64,000 nt of DNA from an uncultured bacterium. Lineage in GTDB: Bacteria; Verrucomicrobiota; Kiritimatiellia; PWTM01. A program made the position numbers and the translations under genes. The DNA lies in the NCBI GenBank assembly GCA_938010045.1, contig CALLFZ010000023.1:4762-68761 (forward strand), given 5' to 3'. The notes below the pieces were generated by a model. That model was not told where the DNA came from, ran no database searches, and saw only the letters and a list, made by a program, of their open reading frames with translations. This document shows, one piece after another, positions 37,501-44,845 of this stretch (positions are counted from its first letter, which is position 1; the number at the start of each line of letters is the position of its first letter).

Positions 37501-39445
37501 GGCCGACGAGATTCGCACGGTCGCCGGGGTGATGAGCGATGTCGCGCAGGAGGCGCGAGCCGCCGCCGAGGACCCGCGCCGATGGCTCGCATCACTTGCG
37601 CCGTCTCTGCCGGCGCGCTTTGCCGCGGCGCGCGAGGACGTGCGCCGGGCGCGGGAGGCCGCGCAAGCCGCCGTCCGGGCCGAGGAGCCTGCGGCGCGCG
37701 CCGCGCTCGACGCGGCGCTGCAGCAGCAGATGCGCGCCAACGAGGAGGTCGAGGACTTGCGGCGCATGCTGCGCGCCGAGGCCGCCGCGCAGGACCTCGC
37801 CACGCCCACTGGCCGTGAGCGGGCGCGTGACGCCGACGATGCGCTCGCGATGTTGCGCGAACCGCCGCCCCGCGCCGAGGACCTGCTGCGCGCGGCGTCG
37901 GCCGCGCCCGAGCCGGCGCGCCGAACCGCCGCGCTCGAACAGGCGGCCGCGCAGCAGGAGCGCCTCGAACAAGCCCTCGGACTGCTGGCCGATCACTACC
38001 GTCAGCTCGAGGAGGGCTCCCCAGAGGGCCGTCGGGCGGACCTGCGCGCCGCGGAGACCGAGGCCGGACTGGCCGCGGCCATGGACCAACAGTACCGCGA
38101 GGCCGCCGATACGGCGTCGCTGGCGCGTGCTCCGGCCGCCCGGACACCGGAGGCGCTGGAACAGATGCTCGCGGACCATCCGGCGATGCAGGCCGCGCTC
38201 GACCGGCTTTCGCGTGCCGCGCTGCGCGATGCGGCCGACGCGGTTCGCCGGGCCGCCGAGACCGAGGATCGTATGGCGCGCCGGACCGCGAGGGCGGCGG
38301 CCGACCTCACGGCCGCGCGTACCGCGCTTCGCGACGGGATCGAACGACTTGCGCGTGAGGCGGCCGAGCTTGCCGAGCAGTCACTGCGTCCGGCCGCGCG
38401 CGAGGCGGCCGGGGCGGCGCCCGAGGCGTCGGCGCCGCTGCAGACCGCGGCCGGCGCCGTCGAGGCCGCCGCCGGCGAGATTCGCTCCGCGTCCGGCGCG
38501 GAGCCTGAGCCGTCCGCGTCGGCCCTCGCGCGGGGTGCCGAGAATTTGCGGCGCGCCGCCGAACAGGCAGGTCAGGCGCACCGTCGCGCAGAGGAGGCGG
38601 CGCGTGGCGCTCAGGCCCGCGGCGACAGCGAGGCCGCCGCGCGCGGCCGCGAGATCGCGCAGCGCAGCCGGCAGGCCGCGGATCGCGCCGGTGAACTGGC
38701 CCGCGCCGCCGCGGAACTGGCTGCCCAGGCGCGGGGTGCCGTCGAAGCTGAACGGGGCGCGCTGGCGGAAGGTGCCGCCCAGCAACCCGGGGTGGTTGCG
38801 CAAACCGATGCCGCGGGCGGGGCGGCCGAACGGGCGGGTCGGCACCAGCAGCGGCTCGGGCGCAACGCCGGCGAGGCGATCGCCGAGGCGGGACGTCGCA
38901 CTCGCGCCACCGCGGCCGGCGAACTGACCCGCGCGCGCGAGGCCATCGCCTCCGCCGACTCCGGTACGGCCGCGCCGGCGCTCGAAACCGGCGCGCGCGA
39001 GGCGGCCCGCCGCGCCGATGAACTCGAGGCGCTGGCCGCCGCTCTTCCGCCGCCGATGAGCATGCCCGCGGAGGCCGGGCTCGATACGGCCGCCGCCGAG
39101 TGGCTGGCGCGGGCGCTCGACGCGGCCGATGCCGCGGCCGCCGCCGAGGCTGCGGCCATGGCGGCACGGGCACAAGCCGCGGCCATGTCGCAGGCCCGCG
39201 CGCAGGGACTGGTGCCCGGTGAGGCGCCCCGCACCGGCGCTGCCGCGCAAGCCCAGGGGCTCGCCGGCCCAGACGAGGCCGCCGCGCCGCTCGCGCGGGT
39301 GAGCGAGGACTGGGCGAAACTCCCGCCCGACATCGCGCGCGAACTCCGCGCCGCACGCCCCGATTCCGTCCCCGAGGAATACCGCGCGATGGTCGAGCTC
39401 TATTTCAAGGCCATGTCTCGCGAAAGCCGTTCGGAGGTGAAATGA
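34541..39445 (+). CDS. Very large (about 1634 aa) DUF4175-like membrane protein: TM helices, Ig-like domains, long Ala/Glu/Arg-rich coiled coil
   Basis: ELREEVLSAVEL, PDQPPRVEIL..ATDDHG, about 1000 aa of helical low-complexity sequence, C-terminal VPEEYRAMVELYFKAM. Confidence 0.85.
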   Translation: MMPDQPAPREAEWGSAGLDDLTRRRLLEFGRRRERLLWQRGLLGALAATLGGLLIVAAADAAWVIEDPMRITLSLGAWALGALELWRLTLRHLRGRHDLGRLARWFEAARPELREEVLSAVELGTRPPPAPGLDSPVFRARVQAAVAERMANIEPDELLPLTLIRRWLAPAAAAMLLVIALLAWPGLDGARRLARAALPTANLARVSRTRIDVREPSPPDATVPLGDAVPVVVEVVGRPISEAWLESAAGGRRARSRMKPIAPGRFAASIETADAELLYRVRGGDAVTRWYRIAGVPPPRVAAFEKTYRPPAWLGRPVHTVRETSGDLEGVEGTRVELRIESDQPLALGELRLDLAGESLTLPLEREDPLHWRASLDLTRPGLYQARLRAAATGFENRERPVWEIRVRPDQPPRVEILEPAADRTATPDDLVRWSVEATDDHGLVALQRRVQIRRPGAGWRDDGAPHACTGETAAVNDTTDVLAWGVRPGDEVWVKYLATDLRGQTGESGVRRLMITAEAFEPGRRAAVETWRRVGEALDRLASLAREARQAQAEARRASRDAAAAEADRTATRAYLHSAIRAAERAAETAAETIRQAQTALTDGPDADALERIAASVSAIRHADLAVAQRLAAADETPGTRRLVAEESAQRLQRAVEMAEQTARAANLAVAAEEAELAVGDLRDVRRELQRALDAPADTDADRERLARRQAAAAAHMDEIAELLGNVERRRGGLRETARTLSAAAAAARSEAEAGNPTRLPDLARTAAEALNRVVSGAAEVQHQAAEALSQLDANRLRRDVLPQLAQNLEAAANPNSGDADRARILAARLPALRDAAAAMLRERAAFEERRRDADPAFVQDLHAAAAAVRVAAAEPGREAAQTVERIGEALRRLETAHDAHSLARSLQQLAADERWGQPDDRRARARGEVWRAGEREMTELERAVREQQLPAAADAIGRLRSRPETARAREEMERRRVAVTGRDNVADEIRTVAGVMSDVAQEARAAAEDPRRWLASLAPSLPARFAAAREDVRRAREAAQAAVRAEEPAARAALDAALQQQMRANEEVEDLRRMLRAEAAAQDLATPTGRERARDADDALAMLREPPPRAEDLLRAASAAPEPARRTAALEQAAAQQERLEQALGLLADHYRQLEEGSPEGRRADLRAAETEAGLAAAMDQQYREAADTASLARAPAARTPEALEQMLADHPAMQAALDRLSRAALRDAADAVRRAAETEDRMARRTARAAADLTAARTALRDGIERLAREAAELAEQSLRPAAREAAGAAPEASAPLQTAAGAVEAAAGEIRSASGAEPEPSASALARGAENLRRAAEQAGQAHRRAEEAARGAQARGDSEAAARGREIAQRSRQAADRAGELARAAAELAAQARGAVEAERGALAEGAAQQPGVVAQTDAAGGAAERAGRHQQRLGRNAGEAIAEAGRRTRATAAGELTRAREAIASADSGTAAPALETGAREAARRADELEALAAALPPPMSMPAEAGLDTAAAEWLARALDAADAAAAAEAAAMAARAQAAAMSQARAQGLVPGEAPRTGAAAQAQGLAGPDEAAAPLARVSEDWAKLPPDIARELRAARPDSVPEEYRAMVELYFKAMSRESRSEVK

Positions 39446-40521
39446 ACGCGCACCGACGCCGCTTCACCAGCCGCCGGGCTACGATGCTGGCGCTGTGCGC
39501 CGGCGCCACGCTCGGGAGCGCCGTCCCGCTGCGCGCAGCCGCTGACCGCGTGGATGACGCGCTCGAACGGGCGATCGAGTATCTTGTGAAACAGCAGAAG
39601 GACGACGGCTCGATCACCGACGCGGGCAATCCCCACGCGATGACCGCGCTCGCGCTGCTCGCGCAGGCGGCGGTCGGTCGTACGCCCGATGTTCCCGGTT
39701 CCGTGGGGGAACCCGTGCGCCGCGCCCTCGCCTACTTGCTCGACGAGCGGCGCCAGCGCGACAACGGCTATTTCGGTCACGACGGATCGCGCATGTATGG
39801 GCACGGCATCGTCTCCCTCACACTCGCGGAATTGCTCGGTATGGGGGTGGACGACGAGACCGACCGTCGCATCCGGCAGCGGCTCGAAAAGGCGATCGCT
39901 CTCATTCTCTGGGCGCAAGACCGCAAGGACGCGAACGACCGCGACAACTTCGGCGGCTGGCGCTACGAGCCCGATTCCCGCGACTCCGATCTGTCCGTCA
40001 CGATCTGGCAGCTCATGGCGTTGCGGTCGGCCCGCGTGGCCGGTCTCGATGTGCCGACGGCGGCGATTGAGAAGGCCGTTGCGTATCTCCGGCGCACTTG
40101 GAAGGTGGACAACCGTGGCCGGGAGCGGATCGGCGGCGCGTGCGCGTACCAGCCGAATCGCCAGCCGTCGTGGGCCTCCGCGGCCGCGGGGCTGCTCGCG
40201 ATGCAGGTGTGCGGTCTCTACGATGCGCCGGAGGTGGCGGGCTCGGCCGACTGGCTCCGCGCCCAGCCCCTCGACTGGCAACGCGAGTTTTTCCTCTACG
40301 GCACCTACTACTACGCGCAGGGCATGTACCAGCGCGGCGGCGAATACGCCGAGCACGCGCGCCGATCCGTCGAAGAGGCTCTGCTGCCCCGCCAACAGGC
40401 AAACGGTTCCTGGCGGGCGCCGCACGGCCAGGAACACAGCGCCGGCAGCGTGTACGGCACTTCGATGGCAGTTCTGAGCCTCGCGGTCAAATATCACTAC
40501 CTGCCGATCTACCAGCGCTGA
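39442..40521 (+). CDS. Prenyltransferase/squalene-oxidase-repeat (alpha/alpha barrel) protein, probably exported
   Basis: QW-like repeats QQKDDGSI, GGWRY, RQQANGSW; SDLSVT; twin-Arg-rich signal; YYYAQ. Confidence 0.85.
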   Translation: MNAHRRRFTSRRATMLALCAGATLGSAVPLRAAADRVDDALERAIEYLVKQQKDDGSITDAGNPHAMTALALLAQAAVGRTPDVPGSVGEPVRRALAYLLDERRQRDNGYFGHDGSRMYGHGIVSLTLAELLGMGVDDETDRRIRQRLEKAIALILWAQDRKDANDRDNFGGWRYEPDSRDSDLSVTIWQLMALRSARVAGLDVPTAAIEKAVAYLRRTWKVDNRGRERIGGACAYQPNRQPSWASAAAGLLAMQVCGLYDAPEVAGSADWLRAQPLDWQREFFLYGTYYYAQGMYQRGGEYAEHARRSVEEALLPRQQANGSWRAPHGQEHSAGSVYGTSMAVLSLAVKYHYLPIYQR

Positions 40522-40789
40522 ACCACGAGGCTGCCGCCGGCCCGGCCGTTTCATGCGGAATGGAACGGATCGCCACCCGTCATGTCCACGATGCGGCGTG
40601 CGGGCCGACAGCGCTGGTTCCGCATCCTCCGGCCGCCGAGTGCCGGAGCCACAGCGGCGGTCGTTGCCGATCGCGGGTTTCGCTGAAGCCATCGGTGGCC
40701 GGCCCAGGGCGACGGCGGTGGTGACCGCCGGACCGGTTGGTGCGATCGCGCAAGGATGTTAGAGTCGAGCATCAGAGGCACTCGGCACG

Positions 40790-41644
40790 ATGAACACGAC
40801 ACGCACGCACACAGGATGCCTGGCGGCCGCGGTCGGCCTCGGGATCGGATGGCTGACGGCCGCCCAGGAGGTTCCCCCGACGAACGGTCTGGTGCTCCAC
40901 ATGCCGTTGGATAGCGCCGATGGCAGCGGCTGGACCTACGACACAACCACCAACAAGCACCGCGCCCGCGCGGTGGAGGTGCGCTGGAGCTCGATCGGGC
41001 GCGTCGCGGGCGCGTGCGAGTTTCTCGACACCGCTTCGTTTCTCGCGATCAGCAACCCGATCGTGACCTCGCCGGAGTGGAGCCTCACTCTGTGGTTTCG
41101 CATCGTGCGCGTGCGCGATGCGACCCGGTACCTCCTGGACCGCGATGCGGTGACGGGGCTGGTCGTCAGCGTGGTCGCGGCGCCGGCCGATTCGAATCGG
41201 CATGGACGCGTGCGATGGCGCATCGGCGCCGCGGAGGCCGTCGGCGATGTCTCCGTGGACGACATGCGATGGCACCATCTCGCGCTGGTCGCCGACGGCC
41301 AGCGCGTGCGGCTGTGGCTCGACGCGGTACTTCAGACGAATTCGGTGGAGTGGAGCGGGCCGCTGCCGCCCACCCCGCATCCCTGGGTGTTCGGGATGAA
41401 CCGCTCCGCGCCCGGTCCGGCCGAGACGAACCGCTCCTTCAACGGCGTCATGGACGAGCTGCGCATCTACAATCGGGCGCTGACCGCCGCCGAAATCGAG
41501 ACGAGTCGCGCCGCCGCGAAGGCCCGCTTCACCCGCGCGCAGGTGCAGCAGCGAATTCGCGAGATCCAGGACCTCTACGACCGCGGTCTGTTGCTGCCCG
41601 ACTTCTACGAGCGCAAAATGGCCGAGTGCGAGGCCGACCTCTGA
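40790..41644 (+). CDS. Secreted LamG-like jellyroll protein with C-terminal SHOCT-like tail
   Basis: Signal peptide; GLVLHMPLD, WHHLALV, FNGVMDELRIYNRALTAAEI; tail IREIQDLYDRGLL..DFYERK. Confidence 0.85.
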   Translation: MNTTRTHTGCLAAAVGLGIGWLTAAQEVPPTNGLVLHMPLDSADGSGWTYDTTTNKHRARAVEVRWSSIGRVAGACEFLDTASFLAISNPIVTSPEWSLTLWFRIVRVRDATRYLLDRDAVTGLVVSVVAAPADSNRHGRVRWRIGAAEAVGDVSVDDMRWHHLALVADGQRVRLWLDAVLQTNSVEWSGPLPPTPHPWVFGMNRSAPGPAETNRSFNGVMDELRIYNRALTAAEIETSRAAAKARFTRAQVQQRIREIQDLYDRGLLLPDFYERKMAECEADL

Positions 41645-41680
41645 TCGGCGTTCCAGCAACGGGCGCAATGCGCCGCACGC

Positions 41681-43408
41681 TCAGATGCGGGAGGGGGTTT
41701 CAATGCCGAGCAGCCCGAGGCCGGTGCGCAGCGCGCGGGCGACGGCCATACCGATCTTCAGCCGGCTTTCGCGCACGCCCTCCGGCGCGCGCAGGAACGG
41801 CAGGGTCTGATAGAAGCGGCTGTAGGTCTGCGCGAGCTCGAAGAGGTGGTCGGCCAGCAGATTCGGACGGCCGGCGGCCGCCGCGTCGAGCACGGTCTCG
41901 CTGAAGCGCACGAGCAGCACCGCGAGCCGGCGCTCGATCGGGTCGGTGAACACGACGGGCGCGGCGTCGAGCGCCGCGGCGTCGTGGCGCTCGGCGTACT
42001 TGTCCAGCACGCTGCACATGCGCGCGCAGGCATACTGCAGGTACGGCGCAGAGTTGCCGTCCATCGCGAGCGCCTTGTCCCAGGTGAATGTCACGAGGCT
42101 CTGTGGGTGTTGGCTGAGATCCGCATACTTCACTGCGCCGATGCCGACGGCGCGCGCGACCTCGCGCTGCCGCTCCGGCGGCATGTCGGGGCTGTTCTCG
42201 CGCACGAGCGCCAGCGCCCGCTCCTCCGCCTCGTCGAGCAGCCGCTCGAGCTTGATCACATTACCCTGCCTCGTCGAGAACGTGCCCTCGGGCAGCCGCA
42301 TCAGGCCGAACCACACGTGCTCGAGCCGCGTCGTGACGCCGAGGCGGCGCGCAATCGCGAAGATCTGCCGGAAATGAAGCTGCTGCCGCTCGTCGGTGAC
42401 GTAGATCACCGCGTCCGGATGAAATTCCTCTTCGCGCGCGAGCACGGTCGCGATGTCGGTCGTCGCGTAGTTGTAAGCGCCATCGCGCTTGCGCACGATG
42501 CACACCGGCAGACCATCATCCGAGAGGTCCACGACGAGCGCTCCCTCGCTCTCGCGGACGAGACCGTGTTCCTCGAGCCGGCGGATCACTTCCGGCAGCC
42601 GATCGTTGTACCAGCTCTCGCCCCGGACGAGATCGAAGCGGACACCGAGCCGTTGGTAGATTCGTTCAAACTCCCGCAGGCTGTGCTCGACGAACGAGCG
42701 CCAGAGCTCGCGGTTCACTGGATCGCCCTGCTGCAGTTTCACCAGCTCCGCGCGGGCAGCTTCGAGCCAGGCGGGATCTTCCTTCGAACGCTCATAGCTG
42801 CGCACATAGACACGTTCGAGCTCCTCGATCGGCGAGCGCTCGTAGGTCTCGGGGTCCGCGAAATGCCGGAACCCGAGCAGCAGCAGTCCAAACTGCGTGC
42901 CCCAGTCGCCGAGGTGATTGTCGGCGATCACGCGGTAGCCGAGGAACCGAAACATTCGATCCAGCGCATTGCCGATGACGGTGGAACGGATGTGGCCGAT
43001 GTGCATCGGCTTGGCGACGTTCGGGCTCGAATAGTCGAGCACAATGGTTCGTCCGCGGCCGGCCTCGGGCGTGCCAAGACGCGGATCGGAGGCGATCTGG
43101 GTGACGAGGCCCGACAGCGCACCGTCGTCGAGCGTGATGTTCAAAAAACCGGGGCCGGCCACCTCGATCGAACGTACCGCCGGATGGGGCTCGGCGGCCG
43201 AGCGGATGGCTTCCGCGAGCTCGCGTGGCGGGCGGCGCACATCGCGCGCCAGCGACATCGCCGCGTTGCACTGGTAGTCGCCGAACTCGGGACGTGCGGC
43301 AGACACGACCGGCAGCGGCGGCCCCGGCGGCGCCTCCGGAATGGCCCGCCGGAATGCCGCGGTCAACCAGTCGCTCAACGCATCGCGCAGCGGCAACAAA
43401 GACTTCAT
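41681..43408 (-). CDS. argS: Arginine--tRNA ligase
   Basis: FGDYQCN, GPGFLN, DYSSPNVAKPMHIGHIRST, GDWGTQFG, STRQG, GNSAPYLQY. Confidence 0.97.
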   Translation of the reverse strand: MKSLLPLRDALSDWLTAAFRRAIPEAPPGPPLPVVSAARPEFGDYQCNAAMSLARDVRRPPRELAEAIRSAAEPHPAVRSIEVAGPGFLNITLDDGALSGLVTQIASDPRLGTPEAGRGRTIVLDYSSPNVAKPMHIGHIRSTVIGNALDRMFRFLGYRVIADNHLGDWGTQFGLLLLGFRHFADPETYERSPIEELERVYVRSYERSKEDPAWLEAARAELVKLQQGDPVNRELWRSFVEHSLREFERIYQRLGVRFDLVRGESWYNDRLPEVIRRLEEHGLVRESEGALVVDLSDDGLPVCIVRKRDGAYNYATTDIATVLAREEEFHPDAVIYVTDERQQLHFRQIFAIARRLGVTTRLEHVWFGLMRLPEGTFSTRQGNVIKLERLLDEAEERALALVRENSPDMPPERQREVARAVGIGAVKYADLSQHPQSLVTFTWDKALAMDGNSAPYLQYACARMCSVLDKYAERHDAAALDAAPVVFTDPIERRLAVLLVRFSETVLDAAAAGRPNLLADHLFELAQTYSRFYQTLPFLRAPEGVRESRLKIGMAVARALRTGLGLLGIETPSRI

Positions 43409-43438
43409 GGTTGTTGTGGGCGTCCCGCGAAGCGCCGC

Positions 43439-43467
43439 ATGATAGGCGCCAGCGGCGACGCGCGCAA
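43439..43467 (-). promoter_or_regulatory. Sigma70-like promoter TTGCGC-N17-TATCAT for argS
   Basis: 17-nt spacer; same hexamers and following GCGG as the fucosidase promoter. Confidence 0.55.
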
Positions 43468-43649
43468 GGAGGCCGGTCCGTGTCCGAGGGTCGCGCCAGG
43501 GTTGCATCGAAATTTTTGAGATTTCGGGCAAGGGTGAACCCTGGATCGGATGGCCGCAGGAGCCGCCCCTCTGACGGCGGTGTCGGGCCTTGGCGCTGTA
43601 CCTTGGGCCGCGCGTCGGCTGCTTGGCCTGACCCCCGCCGACTTCGCGC

Positions 43650-44690
43650 TTGTGCCCGTCCCCAATGGGGCCGATCAAAGACCGGGGAAGACCGGGGACA
43701 GGCAATAGCCCGATAGCCCGTAACCCGGCCTACACTGCCGGCGAACGGTGATGGAAACCTGACCGAGTGGGCCCAATAGGGCGCTTGTGCCTATCCCCGA
43801 TCGTGAACCTGGGCAGCGGAACGGGAAACAGCGGAACGGGGACAGGCATTCGCCCGAAAGCAGAGCCCGACCGCCAAGCTCGGCTCGACGCGTCCAGGCC
43901 GCCCCGTTTCGCGCTGCCAAAAATGGCGGCAAGAATGTGACGCGGCAGGAGTTGGAGCTTCTTCTTGCCAGGGTTTCGGGCTCACGGGCTCCAAATGGGG
44001 ACAGGCACCTGGCAACGCCCCGTCGCCCCACCCCCGTCCCACACGCGCCTATCCCCAGCGCCGCCCAGACGGGCCGCCAGGTGCCGGCCGCCAGGTGCCT
44101 GTCCCCAATGGCCCCAATGGCCGTTCCGGGTGTCCGTTCCGGGTGTCTGTCCCCAGAGAGGCAGCCCGGCTTTTCCTTGCCTTTCAGTTCGCAGGCATCG
44201 CTCCGGCGGCGGAGCGCCGGAGCTACAGAGGTGCCCGCGAGGTGCCTGTCCCCAGCGTCTCTCGCCCCAGCGGCCCAATGACGCGAAAGAGGCAAATCGG
44301 CGTTCCATCAAGCCCACGCATGTAGGCCGGACAAAATAGAGAGAGGCACAAGCCATGAAGCCGCAGTAGATTGATAACGAAATTGTTGCGTCGCTTGAAC
44401 ATGTGCCGGCACAGGTGCCTGTCCCCATTGTACAGCTCACGATACGAGGTGCCTGTCCCCATCGGTCATCGGTCACCAACGGCTCCAACGGCTGCGACGT
44501 GCCTGTCCCCAACGGCAGTACGTGCCTGTCCCCCACGCCACGGCCGTTCCAGGTGCCTGTTACTAGCGTCCCAGGCGAGGGTACGTACCTATCTCCAGCA
44601 GGCGTTCCAGGTGCCTGTCCCCCCGGGTCTTGCTCCGGCGGCGGAGCGCCGGAGCTACAGAGGTGCCCGCGAGGTGCCTGTCCCCATCAG
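43650..44690. repeat. REP-like repeat field B between metG and argS: about 17 copies of the GGTGCCTGTCCCC motif in both orientations, including an exact 55-bp direct repeat
   Basis: Motif at 44241, 44414, 44448, 44499, 44522, 44610, 44673 and others; 17-bp perfect inverted repeat 43996-44012 / 44091-44107; identical 55-mers at 44200-44254 and 44632-44686. Confidence 0.85.
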
Positions 44691-44845
44691 CGCAGCGCCA
44701 TCATCGCAAACGGCTCCCAGTGTCCGAACGCCAGACCGGTAACGCTCACGAAGAGAGCGACGAGTGGCGTCCCGACCAAGGATCGTCAGATAGCGGGTGC
44801 GCCCGCCGTTTCTTCCTAACGTTCACCGTTGCGTCGTCCAGCGAC

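Noticed and set aside
43409-43650. T-box or other leader upstream of argS (and metG)
   Set aside because: No T-box consensus or terminator; the predicted promoter is only about 30 nt from the argS start, and metG overlaps its upstream gene
43650-44690. CRISPR array interpretation of the repeat fields (also 5950-6400)
   Set aside because: Repeat only 12-13 bp, mixed orientation, irregular spacing, no cas genes
43675-44819. ORFs over the repeat fields (GTGT/CLSP/ACP-repeat peptides)
   Set aside because: Translations of the DNA motif in several frames; no SD or coding signature
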